Of a DNA stretch of 64,000 bases, positions 26,674 to 36,175 are shown piece by piece. This DNA comes from Acidobacteriota bacterium. GTDB lineage: Bacteria; Acidobacteriota; CAIWXX01. Each line of letters opens with the position of its first letter. Within the stretch, counting starts at the first letter, position 1. The stretch spans positions 321,306 to 385,305 of the forward strand of contig JBFMAF010000032.1 in assembly GCA_040755995.1 (NCBI GenBank), written 5' to 3'. The position numbers and the translations under genes were made by a program. Under the pieces are notes generated by a model. That model did no database searches. It saw nothing but the letters and a program-made list of their open reading frames with translations, and was not told where the DNA came from.

Positions 26674-28293
26674 ATGAGGAAACGGTCGACATTACTTATC
26701 GTTCTGACCCTGTTGTCGGGCTCTGCCATCGGAGGCATATACGGCAGCCAGAGCGAGGGGCGCACGGCTGAGTGGAACCAGGACCTGCGGAGGCTGGCAG
26801 AGATTCTCGACCTCGCAGAGCGCAACTACGTCGTTCCGATCGATCCGGAGGAGACCATTTATCAGTCCATTCACGGACTCCTGCGACAGCTCGATCCCCA
26901 CAGCCAGTTCCTCGATCCCCAGTCCTATGCGAATCTGAAAGAAGAGCACCGCGGGCACTTCTACGGGCTCGGTATCACCATCCAGAAGATCGAGGACAGG
27001 CTGACCGTGATCTCCCCGATCGAGGGAACGCCCGCCTATCGAATGGGGATTCGCGCTGGTGACGTCATCGCGGAAATCGAAGGTGAGTCGACCAAGGAGA
27101 TGACCTCGGATCAGGCGGCGAGGAAGCTGCGCGGACAGAAGGGCACGGCGGTCCGTATCTCGATCGTTCGACAGGGGATCGATGAGCCGCTGGAGTTCAC
27201 GATCGTACGCGACGAGATTCCGCTGCTCTCGGTCCCGTATGCCTTCCTGATCAACGGCTCCACCGGATACGTCGGTGTCAGGAACTTCACCGAGACGACG
27301 GAGAAGGAGCTCACCGACGCGTTCGGTGAGCTGAGCCGGACGGGGATGAAAAGGCTCATCCTCGATCTCCGCGGAAACACGGGTGGGATCCTGGACCAGG
27401 CTATCTCCGTCTCGGACCTCTTCCTTCGGAAGGGCCAGTTGATCGTCTATACCCGCGGCCGCGGTCGCGGTACCAGCCAGGAATTCAATGCGTCAGAAGA
27501 TGGGCAGTACGAGTCGCTCCCGCTGATCGTCCTCGTGAACCACGGGAGCGCTTCCGCTGCCGAGATCGTTGCCGGTGCCATACAGGACCACGACCGGGGG
27601 CTTGTCATCGGTGAGACTACCTGGGGCAAGGGACTCGTGCAGTCAATCTTCCGGCTCAGCCACGACTCGGCCCTCGCGCTCACCACCTCGAAGTACTACA
27701 CGCCGACCGGGCGGTGCATACAGCGCGACTACTCGAAGTCCCTCGAGGAGTACTACTTCTCCACCGAGGATGAGATCAAGCGGATGCCCAGAGGAGAGGC
27801 CCACCTTACGCCTGCAGGGCGGACCGTCTACGGGGGCGGTGGGATCACGCCCGATGTGGAGGTCGAGCCGCCGGAAACGACCAAGTACTTCGACATGCTG
27901 GCCTCGCGGCGGGCGTTCTTCGATTACACCACCAACTTCATCGCCGGACTCACGACACTGGGGAAGACGATGCAGGTGAAAGACCCCCACACCGGCCGCG
28001 TGAACCTCGAATTGTCTTATCGTGTGGGGGAGGACATCATCCGGGATTTCAAGGAGTTCCTGGTGCAGAAGCAGATCGCATCCGATGAGAAGCAGTTCGG
28101 CGAGAGTGAGTACCTGATTCGGATCGCACTGCAACGGGAGTTGTTCGCCGATCTCTGGGGCGCCCAGGAAGCTATCAGGTCCACGATCCAGGATGATCCG
28201 GTCCTATTGCGAGGGGAACAACTCTTCCCACAGGCAGAGGCGATGGCGGCGGCTGCCATGGCAGCCTCGCTCAAGGCAGCCCCGAGTCGCTAG
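26674..28293 (+). CDS. ctpA: S41 C-terminal processing peptidase (PDZ + S41)
   Basis: LDPHS, GLGI PDZ loop, LDLRGNTGG, SASAAEI, WGKG and GITPD motifs. Confidence 0.93.
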   Translation: MRKRSTLLIVLTLLSGSAIGGIYGSQSEGRTAEWNQDLRRLAEILDLAERNYVVPIDPEETIYQSIHGLLRQLDPHSQFLDPQSYANLKEEHRGHFYGLGITIQKIEDRLTVISPIEGTPAYRMGIRAGDVIAEIEGESTKEMTSDQAARKLRGQKGTAVRISIVRQGIDEPLEFTIVRDEIPLLSVPYAFLINGSTGYVGVRNFTETTEKELTDAFGELSRTGMKRLILDLRGNTGGILDQAISVSDLFLRKGQLIVYTRGRGRGTSQEFNASEDGQYESLPLIVLVNHGSASAAEIVAGAIQDHDRGLVIGETTWGKGLVQSIFRLSHDSALALTTSKYYTPTGRCIQRDYSKSLEEYYFSTEDEIKRMPRGEAHLTPAGRTVYGGGGITPDVEVEPPETTKYFDMLASRRAFFDYTTNFIAGLTTLGKTMQVKDPHTGRVNLELSYRVGEDIIRDFKEFLVQKQIASDEKQFGESEYLIRIALQRELFADLWGAQEAIRSTIQDDPVLLRGEQLFPQAEAMAAAAMAASLKAAPSR

Positions 28294-28345
28294 CTGCTCC
28301 GTGACGGATCGCCAGATGCGTTGGCGGCCCCCGGGAGAGTCTGGC

Positions 28346-29509
28346 TCAGTCGGCGCCGGCCGTAGCCTCTCGGCCCAGGTGGACGACCGCCGCGGGGACG
28401 AGCGGCAGGCTCCCCGAAACCATCGCCGGCATATCAGGGGCCTCCGCCAGGCTCTCCCCGCCTTCGGCGCGCTCCCTGATGAGCAGCCAGCTCTCTTCGG
28501 GTATCTGAAGGAACGAATCCACGACCTTCGGGTCGAACTGCGTGCCCGAGTACTTGCGGATCTCGGCCCGGACGGAATCGAAACTCTGCCGGTTACGATA
28601 GACCCTGTCGCTGGTCATGGCGTCGAGCGTGTCGGCCACGGCGAATATTCTGGCCCCGATCGGGATCTCGTCCCTCATCAGGCCCCTTGGATACCCCAGG
28701 CCGTCGTATCGCTCGTGGTGGCTGTAGACGATGAGACTCGCTTCGCGAAGGAATTCGATGTTCCGGATCATCCGGTAGCCGAGCTCCGCGTGCGACCGCA
28801 TGATCTGCCATTCCTCTTCGGAGAGCGGCCCGGGCTTGAGAAAGATAGCATCCGGCACGCCGATCTTGCCGACGTCGTGAAGCAGCGCTCCCCGCTCGAT
28901 GTCGATCACCTGCTGGCGCGGCAGGCCGAGCTTGAAGGCCAGCGCCACCGTGTAGCCCGCGACGCGCCGAGAGTGACTCTGAGTCTCTACATCCCGCGTG
29001 TCGAGAGCGGCGCCCAGCGCTTCGAGCGTCTGGCGGTACATGCCCTTTATCTCACGGAAGGCCCGCTGCACCTCCTGCGTCCGCTCCCATACCATCCGCT
29101 CGAGATTCAACTTGTAGTTCTCGTTCTGCAGGATGATCGTGCGCTTCTCGCCGGCCTTCTTGAGAGCGAACATGAGGTCATGCAGAGTGAACGGCTTGTC
29201 GAGGAAATCCGATACGCCCGTGCGCATCGCCGCGATTGCAGTCTCCTTGTCGCTGAAGGCCGTGATGAGGAGCACGACGATCTTGGAATCGACTTGCGAG
29301 ATCCTGTCCGCCAGCTCGATGCCGTTCATCTGCGGCATCTTGAAATCCGTCAGAACGATGTCGACACCGGAAGGATCCTGCTCGACGGCCCGCAGGCCGT
29401 CCAGACCGTTGCTGGCCACGTCTACGACGTATCCCTGCGTTTCCAGCAGCTCTTTCAGCTTGGTGCGGATTTCCTCTTCGTCGTCGACGACAAGCAGGCG
29501 AAACGGCAT
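28346..29509 (-). CDS. Response regulator with HD-GYP phosphodiesterase domain
   Basis: REC (VDD, D, KP); LHDVGK; HHERYDGLGYP. Confidence 0.94.
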   Translation of the reverse strand: MPFRLLVVDDEEEIRTKLKELLETQGYVVDVASNGLDGLRAVEQDPSGVDIVLTDFKMPQMNGIELADRISQVDSKIVVLLITAFSDKETAIAAMRTGVSDFLDKPFTLHDLMFALKKAGEKRTIILQNENYKLNLERMVWERTQEVQRAFREIKGMYRQTLEALGAALDTRDVETQSHSRRVAGYTVALAFKLGLPRQQVIDIERGALLHDVGKIGVPDAIFLKPGPLSEEEWQIMRSHAELGYRMIRNIEFLREASLIVYSHHERYDGLGYPRGLMRDEIPIGARIFAVADTLDAMTSDRVYRNRQSFDSVRAEIRKYSGTQFDPKVVDSFLQIPEESWLLIRERAEGGESLAEAPDMPAMVSGSLPLVPAAVVHLGREATAGAD

Positions 29510-29580
29510 GTCACACTCTGGCGAGGCGTGGCCTCGGACCGATGAAGCATGCGGGGCCGCTCCGGCCGCGCCTCGCGCCG

Positions 29581-29606
29581 ACAGTCGAGAGTGGAGAGCG
29601 GACAGC
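29581..29606. repeat. Short degenerate (GAGAGTG)-type heptamer tract
   Basis: ACAGTC GAGAGTG GAGAGCG GACAGC; reverse complement of the 20531 family. Confidence 0.45.
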
Positions 29607-29787
29607 TCGCGCGTGGCAATGACGCACCGCTCGATGAACTCGACTCAATCGCAGCATTTCCTTCGCCTCAAACGGGCTCCCACACTTTCCTTATCGACAC
29701 TATTATACGTAATCCTTAGCATTTGGGTTCATCATCGGGCCGGCGGATCATCTCCTCGCGAGAGCGCGCGACGGGCCCCCGCACACA

Positions 29788-31278
29788 TCAGCTCTCCTCT
29801 GACTGCTTTCCGCTGCTTAGTGGAACTCGCGACGGAGGCGTTTGACAGTAGTCGTGGCGTAGATCGATGCAGTGGCGTCTCATCATTCCGACCAGCGTCG
29901 TCCGCTTGAGATGGAGCAGCTCGGCGGCCCTGGCCCTGTTCCCGCCGGCCGTCTTCAGGCCTTGCGTGATCAGCTCGCGTTGGAAATCATCCATCATCGA
30001 TTCGAAGTTGAGTCCCTCTCGGGGCACGTAGACCTGCCGGAACAGCACGCGTGGATCTACCTGCTGGATCTCGGCGCGAAAATGCTCCGGCATGATCAAC
30101 AGCTGATCGCCGCTGAGCAGGACCGCCTGTTCCACGGCGTTCTCCAGCTCGCGCACATTCCCGGGCCAATGGTACGCCACGAGCTGTTGCATGGCGAGCT
30201 GCCCGATCGTCTTCGCAGGGAACCCGTGCTCGAAGGAATACTGGTCTGCGAAGCACCGTGCCAGCATCGGCAGGTCCTCGATGCGCTCGCGCAGCGACGG
30301 AATCTCTATGTGGATCGCGTTGAGCGATTCATAGAGTCCCCTGTGAAAGGCCCCCACCTCGACCCTCTTGCCCAATTCATCACACGTGAGTGCGATGATC
30401 CTGACGGCCGTCTTGACCGGCCTGGCGCCCGAACCCCGCTCCAACCGGCCGCTGCGGATGAATCGTGCCAGCTTGTCTTGAAGCGCCGGGCTGAGCGCCT
30501 CGATTGCGTCTATCAACAGGGTTCCGCGGTGAGCGAGCTCTATAGCACCGGCCCGATGCTGCCCAACGCCCGTGGCCGGGTCCGGTGCCGTGCCGAAGAT
30601 CTCTTGGTCCAAGAGCGATTCGGACGCCAGGTCGCAACGCACGCCGACGAATGGGCGATCGCGGCGGGACCCGTTCCAGTGGATGGTCCTCGCCACCATG
30701 TCCTTGCCTGCGCCCGGCTCGCCCTCCACCAGCACGTGCGACGACGTCCCCATGGCGCGCTCGATCCAGTGGAATACCTCCCGCATCGGGTCGCACTGAC
30801 CGATCATGTTCGCGAACCGGTAGCGGTCCTTAAGGCCCTTCTTGAGGATGAAGTTCTCGATCGCGAGGCGCTTCATTTCGAGCGCCCGGCGGATCCTGTG
30901 TGTCAGCTTCGCGAGCTCGAACGGCTTCGACAGGAAGTCAGTCGCACCCAGATGCATCAGCTCCACTGCGACCTCGATAGAGCCATACCCGGTCATGACA
31001 ATGACAACAGCTTCAGGGTAGAGCGACACGGCCTCACGAACGATCTGCCTGCCATCCTGCTCGGGCAGTTTCAGATCCGTGAGGAAGACGTCGAAGGGAC
31101 GCGCCCTGAGCATTTCCAGCCCCTCGGTGCCGGTGCCCGCTTCCTCTACCTTGAATCCTTCTTTGTGGAGGTGCGTGGCTATCGCCGCGCGAAGAAGCTG
31201 GTCGTCCTCGACCACCAGAATCTCGTCGAACCGTTTTACGGCCGAAGGCGATCCCTTCCGCCTGTGCAACTTCCTCAT
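29788..31278 (-). CDS. NtrC-like REC-AAA+-HTH regulator with degenerate AAA+ motifs
   Basis: REC; GEPGAGKD; WPGNVRELEN; Fis-type HTH; GAFTGA, Walker B and Arg-finger motifs altered. Confidence 0.9.
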   Translation of the reverse strand: MRKLHRRKGSPSAVKRFDEILVVEDDQLLRAAIATHLHKEGFKVEEAGTGTEGLEMLRARPFDVFLTDLKLPEQDGRQIVREAVSLYPEAVVIVMTGYGSIEVAVELMHLGATDFLSKPFELAKLTHRIRRALEMKRLAIENFILKKGLKDRYRFANMIGQCDPMREVFHWIERAMGTSSHVLVEGEPGAGKDMVARTIHWNGSRRDRPFVGVRCDLASESLLDQEIFGTAPDPATGVGQHRAGAIELAHRGTLLIDAIEALSPALQDKLARFIRSGRLERGSGARPVKTAVRIIALTCDELGKRVEVGAFHRGLYESLNAIHIEIPSLRERIEDLPMLARCFADQYSFEHGFPAKTIGQLAMQQLVAYHWPGNVRELENAVEQAVLLSGDQLLIMPEHFRAEIQQVDPRVLFRQVYVPREGLNFESMMDDFQRELITQGLKTAGGNRARAAELLHLKRTTLVGMMRRHCIDLRHDYCQTPPSRVPLSSGKQSEES

Positions 31279-31335
31279 GGTTGAGACAGTATTCTAACTC
31301 GGCGAACGCCGTTGTCAAACCGGGGAAAGAGAAAG

Positions 31336-31360
31336 AGTGTGAAGTATGAAGTCTGAAAGG
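31336..31360. repeat. (TGAAGTA)-type heptamer tract
   Basis: AGTGTGAAGTATGAAGTCTGAAAGG, nearly the reverse complement of 25169-25200. Confidence 0.8.
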
Positions 31361-31435
31361 CGACATGCCTTCACAATTCGTTTGCGGATCTGGCCCTGTG
31401 TGGTAGAGTATGACATCGCGCAGGGGAGGATCAGT

Positions 31436-32116
31436 ATGACACTTCGACCGACACCGTTCCGTGTGCTAGTCGTGGACGACGACGCGGACCTGCGTGACGC
31501 CCTCGCGGATTACTTCGGCCAGAAGGGGCTCAGCGTGGTCTCCGCCCCTGATGGAGAGGAAGCGATCCGGATGATCGAAGCGAGCGCGGAGCCATTCCAG
31601 ATCGTCCTCGCCGACCTGGTCATGCCGCACAAGACCGGCCTGGAGGTTCTCAAGGCAGCCAAAGAGAAGTTTCCAGACGCCCACGTCGTGATCGTCACCG
31701 GATATGCATCGCTCGAGAGCGCCGTCGAAGCAGTCCGGCTCGGCGCCTACGACTACATCCTGAAGCCGTTCAGGATGGACGAGATGGAGGTGCTGCTGAA
31801 GCACGTCGGCGAACGGATCGGGCTGCTCCACGAGAACCGCGACCTCGTCAATAACCTCCGCGACCTCCACGACCGCCTCGACGCGCTCAACGAGACGAAG
31901 TGCAGGACGGAGCGGACCGTGCGAGAGATGGGGCATGCCCTAGCGGACAATACGCAGAAACTCGGGCAGGTCCTCGCCGAGCTGCACGCTCTCAAAGAAG
32001 AGATCAAGGGCGGGCACGGCGTCACACGCGCTTCCGCCCGCACAGCCGCCGCCACCCGGAAGGCGCCCAAGCGGAGAGGCACTCGACCGGCGCGGCGCGC
32101 GTCTCGTATGTCGTAA
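31436..32116 (+). CDS. Response regulator receiver with coiled-coil tail
   Basis: VVDDD, LADLVMP, TGY and KPF motifs; no recognisable output domain. Confidence 0.85.
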   Translation: MTLRPTPFRVLVVDDDADLRDALADYFGQKGLSVVSAPDGEEAIRMIEASAEPFQIVLADLVMPHKTGLEVLKAAKEKFPDAHVVIVTGYASLESAVEAVRLGAYDYILKPFRMDEMEVLLKHVGERIGLLHENRDLVNNLRDLHDRLDALNETKCRTERTVREMGHALADNTQKLGQVLAELHALKEEIKGGHGVTRASARTAAATRKAPKRRGTRPARRASRMS

Positions 32117-32165
32117 GAGGCGCGCACGGCCTCCCCGCCGTAGAGGCCCGGTCCCGCTAATCGCG

Positions 32166-32762
32166 CTACTTCGGGTCGCCGGCGGCACGCAGCTGCTGCC
32201 GTGTGTAATAGATCCGGCTCACGACGGTCAGGTGAGAGAATACGAGGATCACCCAGAGCGCCTGGGGCATGCAATCGAACAGCCCGCCGAGAATGAGCAA
32301 GACTATCCGCTCCGGACGCTCCATGAAGCCCACCTTGCAGAGCGGGATCAGCGACTCGGCACGCGCCCGCGCGTAGCTCGTCATCACCGATCCCACGATC
32401 ACCAGGCCCGTGATCACCACGAACCTGAGGCTCTGGATGTGGTAGTAGTAGACGAGGAGCCCCAGGTACAGCGCAATATCCGAGTAGCGGTCGATGACCG
32501 AGTCGTAGAACGCCCCGAACTTGCTCACCCGATTGCTCTCGCGGGCGACGCGCCCGTCGAGCATGTCGAAGACGGACGCCGCAAGTATGATCCAGCCGCC
32601 CAAATAGAACCGGCCGTATCCGAACGCGAACGCCGCAAGGACGTTGATCGTGAGACCAAAGAACGTGAGGAAGTTCGGGCTCACACCGGCGCGCACCAGC
32701 GCGTGCACGATCCGGTTCAATATCCAGGTCCCGCCCTGCCCGATCTTCTCGCTGATACTCAT
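32166..32762 (-). CDS. CDP-alcohol phosphatidyltransferase
   Basis: DMLDGRVAR...GAFYDSVIDRYSD signature; SYARARAE. Confidence 0.95.
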   Translation of the reverse strand: MSISEKIGQGGTWILNRIVHALVRAGVSPNFLTFFGLTINVLAAFAFGYGRFYLGGWIILAASVFDMLDGRVARESNRVSKFGAFYDSVIDRYSDIALYLGLLVYYYHIQSLRFVVITGLVIVGSVMTSYARARAESLIPLCKVGFMERPERIVLLILGGLFDCMPQALWVILVFSHLTVVSRIYYTRQQLRAAGDPK

Positions 32763-32770
32763 AGCGTCAA

Positions 32771-33163
32771 TTACTTCAGATTGACTTGTCCGCGGAGCTG
32801 CCCGCCCTCGGCAATGATGATCTTCGGTGAGCTGAGTGATCCGTCCATGGCGCCCGAGTCCAGTATGCGGACTCGGTTCTCGGCCGTGACCGAGCCCAGG
32901 ACATGGCCGGCTATGGTCACAGCGGCAGCCTTGATGTCGGCCTCGACGTAGCCCTCGATCCCGACGAAGAGGCTCTTTTTCAGTGTGATTTCGCCTTTGA
33001 ACCTGCCTTCGACAGTGACGTCGTCATCGCTGACTATGCTTCCTTCGAGGCGCACGGTCTGCCCTATGAACGACGCCGTCTTCTCCTTCTCCGGCGGCGC
33101 GGCCGGAGCGGTGCGCTCGGATGGGCGCGGTTCGACGGGTTGGGTTCGGTCCTTAAATAACAT
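32771..33163 (-). CDS. Bactofilin (polymer-forming cytoskeletal protein, CcmA-like)
   Basis: Beta-helix repeats IGQTVRLEGSI...VEGRFKGEI...IAGHVLGSV...IAEGGQLRG. Confidence 0.92.
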   Translation of the reverse strand: MLFKDRTQPVEPRPSERTAPAAPPEKEKTASFIGQTVRLEGSIVSDDDVTVEGRFKGEITLKKSLFVGIEGYVEADIKAAAVTIAGHVLGSVTAENRVRILDSGAMDGSLSSPKIIIAEGGQLRGQVNLK

Positions 33164-34682
33164 CCTTCCTTGGCTCCTCTTGTATCCTCACGAACACGGT
33201 GCCGATGAGTTTGCCGCTCCGCGTCACGCGGATCGCATAGGTCTCGCCTCGCCGGTCAATGGAGAAGGCGGCCAGCAGCCGCTCGGTCTCGACTGCGGCG
33301 CCGCGGTCCTCCCCGTCGCCGCGGCCCGCGAAGCCCACCAGATTCACTTTGATCCCGGTCATGTCGTTCAAGTTCGTCTCCACCGAGACGATCCTGAAGC
33401 GGCTGTCGGGGAGTACGTCCATGGATCGACCCCCCTCCACACGTCTCACACCGTCTTCGGTCTCTATGTCGACCGACGTGAGGCGCGGTTCGATCAGCTG
33501 CAGGGTTGCGGACCCCATCTCCTTGTTCTCCCGGAACATCCTCATGCGGTAGCGATCGCCCTTGCCATCCACCGAGTACCGGTGCATGAGGTCCTTTGAA
33601 GTGTCGATCTGGTAGCCGTTGTCGAAGCCGGTGTTGTTGCGGGAGTCGCCGACGAACCCCACCACGTTGACGCGGATTCCGGGATGCCGGGCAATCCTTA
33701 TCCTGTCGCCTCTGGCCACGCGCAGCTCCTCGCCCGCCACTATCCACCTTCCGAGCCCGTTCACCTCGCACGGCACCGCCGCGGCCTCCGCGGGCCGCGA
33801 GGTCTTGGCAGCGGCCTCCGGCGGCGAGACCAGCGATTGGATGTCAGCCGGAAGCAGCTCGAACGCCGACTTGGCCGGCGGCTCGCTATCGGTCCAGATC
33901 CCGTAGAGACTGAGGAATTCGTGAACAATCATCGTGTGATAACGGACGCGTTCCAGGTCTGTGCGCAGGTTCCTCGATGTCTCGATTCCGAATGCGGGGA
34001 TGCCGCCGTAGGCGGCCGCATAGTAGGTCGCGGACTTGCGCTGCTCCGGGTGGCGTGTCGATGGCTCGAAGGTCTCATGGTCCCAGAAGTGGAAGCACTC
34101 GTCCTCGCGGTCGATCTGGCCGTTGATCCAGTCGAGTACTCGTTCGGCGTGGACTCGCAGCGGTACGTTCGAGCCGTATTTCCACGAGTAGAGCTCGCCG
34201 CAGTCGGCGATCACGGACTGTCCGTAACGGGCCGGGTTTCGGAGGTCGTCCTTGTAGACCGGGGAGTAGAACCCCCAGGCATCGTGAAGATTCAGCAGCA
34301 GGTCCGCGTCTGCGATGTATGACTTGACGATGGCCACGATCTCGGCGTCGACGCCGTTGGCCGGCTCCGCTGGATCGAACATACGGTTCATGTCGTCGCC
34401 GACGCCGCGCAGGTTCGCGAAGATGGCGCGGCCGTTCACGTGCGGTATGACCACGAGCCTCCCGCGAGCCACCGGCAGCCTCGTGAGCGCCTCGGCCGCC
34501 CTCACGGCGCCAGTCTCATTACCGTGTATGCCGCCCAGGACCAGCGCCGTCCGCCCCGGCAGCTCCCCGTTGCACACGTACACATCCAATCGATGATTGG
34601 TGTTCGCGAAGTATGTGATCATCGCGTCCACCGGACAGCCAGCGGCGGTGACGAGCGCTACCAGGAAAAAGATGCGTCTCAC
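33153..34682 (-). CDS. M99/M14-type peptidoglycan carboxypeptidase (Csd4/Pgp1-like)
   Basis: Signal peptide; GGIHGNE, DMNRMF, LNLHDAWGFY...NPARYGQSVIAD and FGIETS; duplicated C-terminal (R/K)VNxVGF beta domains. Confidence 0.85.
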   Translation of the reverse strand: MRRIFFLVALVTAAGCPVDAMITYFANTNHRLDVYVCNGELPGRTALVLGGIHGNETGAVRAAEALTRLPVARGRLVVIPHVNGRAIFANLRGVGDDMNRMFDPAEPANGVDAEIVAIVKSYIADADLLLNLHDAWGFYSPVYKDDLRNPARYGQSVIADCGELYSWKYGSNVPLRVHAERVLDWINGQIDREDECFHFWDHETFEPSTRHPEQRKSATYYAAAYGGIPAFGIETSRNLRTDLERVRYHTMIVHEFLSLYGIWTDSEPPAKSAFELLPADIQSLVSPPEAAAKTSRPAEAAAVPCEVNGLGRWIVAGEELRVARGDRIRIARHPGIRVNVVGFVGDSRNNTGFDNGYQIDTSKDLMHRYSVDGKGDRYRMRMFRENKEMGSATLQLIEPRLTSVDIETEDGVRRVEGGRSMDVLPDSRFRIVSVETNLNDMTGIKVNLVGFAGRGDGEDRGAAVETERLLAAFSIDRRGETYAIRVTRSGKLIGTVFVRIQEEPRKDVI

Positions 34683-36175
34683 CTGATCTCCACGGGCGGT
34701 TCCACATCCACCTTCAGCTTGCCCTCGCGGTCGAACGCGACCACGCGTATTTTCGACGGCGCCGACGGCGCCTCGAACTCGACCTGCACTAGCCTATACC
34801 GGGCAATCCGAAACGAATCGCCGCGCCTGAAATCGACGCGCGCATCGAACTGCTCGGTGGCCATGGCCGGATGCACAATCACGTCTTTGCCGTCGACGTC
34901 CCGCCGCGCCACGAACAGGTATCCTAGCCGCTCGCTGCCCGCCGGCCCCGCATTCGCCAGGCGAAATCTGACCCGGTATCGATTTCGTCCCAGCCCCTCG
35001 ACTGTGAACTGATCTACCAGCAGATCTGCGGTCCCCTGCTGCGCTGGGGCCGAGGGCTCTCCAGGAGTCTCTTCTACGACGTCGGCGGTGGGCTGCTCCG
35101 TGTCCGGTGAGCCGCCGGGGGCCTCGGCGGTGCTCTGCGACGGCGCCGCGGCGGTCTGGGCTTGCGGCGGGACCGGCGCAGGCGTAGCCTCCTGTTCCGC
35201 CTCCACCCGTGGAGGCTCGTTTCTGGCGGTTCTGGACCAAACGGCGGCCAGTGCTGCGGGGTAGAAGCGCCAGACGAGGGCTGCGCCGAGGGCGGCGAAG
35301 AGCAGGATGATTGCCGCCCAGCGCAGCCTTGCCAACCGGAGGCGACGTCGAGCGAGACTGCTGACTTCGAGAGCTTCCTGCGCCAGAAACTCCTCGGCCT
35401 CATGCCCGGCGGAGTCGGGGACCGCGGGGTGTTCGAGGGCCGGCGGCGGGGGAGCCGCCGGAGCGGTCTCGGCGTGAATAGCCTCCTCAGCAAGGATGAG
35501 CATGCGTAGCGTGCGGAGGCCGTGGAGCATGCGGAGCAGCTCCAGATCCTCCATGAGCCCCAGTCCTATCAGCTTCTTGACTGTGTATCTCCCATTCAGC
35601 AGCGGGAGGATCTCCTTCTCTTTCGGCAGGAAGTCCAGCGCCTTCCCGAGCTCGTGATCCATGGAGAAGCAGACGTAGCTCTGCGGTCGCAGCTGGGTCA
35701 AGAGTGTCGACGCGCTGCCGATGCGCCGCGCAGCCTCCATGATGATATTCGGCGTCTGGAAGTTGAGTCGCAGGACCTCGCGCGCTCCCAGTGGTCTAGC
35801 GGCGAAGCTGTAGTTGAAGTCCTCTTCCAGCTTGAACAGGCTGTAGATGATGCGGGTGGCCTGGAACCGTATCCCCCAATAAAGGTCCTCGGCGGACAGC
35901 AGTCCCATCCACACGAGCACGGTGCCGAGGGCGCCGCCTTCCTTGTGCCGTGTCTTCTCGGCCTCGAGCAGGTCATCAGGGGTGATTTTCTCCGTGTCGA
36001 CTAGGATGTTGCCCAGGCTGTCCTGTTCGAGGTTCGAGACGGCGAAGATGATTCGGCCCTGTTCGAAAAAGACACGTTTCTCGAACTTGGGTCCCTTGAC
36101 CATCAGCTCTCCGGTCCTCTTCTCGAGGTAGAGGCGGCTGATTTCCCCGAGTAGTGCTAGCTCTTTGCCTTCCAT
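34679..36175 (-). CDS. DUF4388-family membrane-anchored protein with a periplasmic beta domain
   Basis: KRTGEL...FFEQGRIIFAVSN...LGNILV N-terminus; one TM; Pro/Ala linker; C-terminal beta-rich domain. Confidence 0.8.
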   Translation of the reverse strand: MEGKELALLGEISRLYLEKRTGELMVKGPKFEKRVFFEQGRIIFAVSNLEQDSLGNILVDTEKITPDDLLEAEKTRHKEGGALGTVLVWMGLLSAEDLYWGIRFQATRIIYSLFKLEEDFNYSFAARPLGAREVLRLNFQTPNIIMEAARRIGSASTLLTQLRPQSYVCFSMDHELGKALDFLPKEKEILPLLNGRYTVKKLIGLGLMEDLELLRMLHGLRTLRMLILAEEAIHAETAPAAPPPPALEHPAVPDSAGHEAEEFLAQEALEVSSLARRRLRLARLRWAAIILLFAALGAALVWRFYPAALAAVWSRTARNEPPRVEAEQEATPAPVPPQAQTAAAPSQSTAEAPGGSPDTEQPTADVVEETPGEPSAPAQQGTADLLVDQFTVEGLGRNRYRVRFRLANAGPAGSERLGYLFVARRDVDGKDVIVHPAMATEQFDARVDFRRGDSFRIARYRLVQVEFEAPSAPSKIRVVAFDREGKLKVDVEPPVEIR

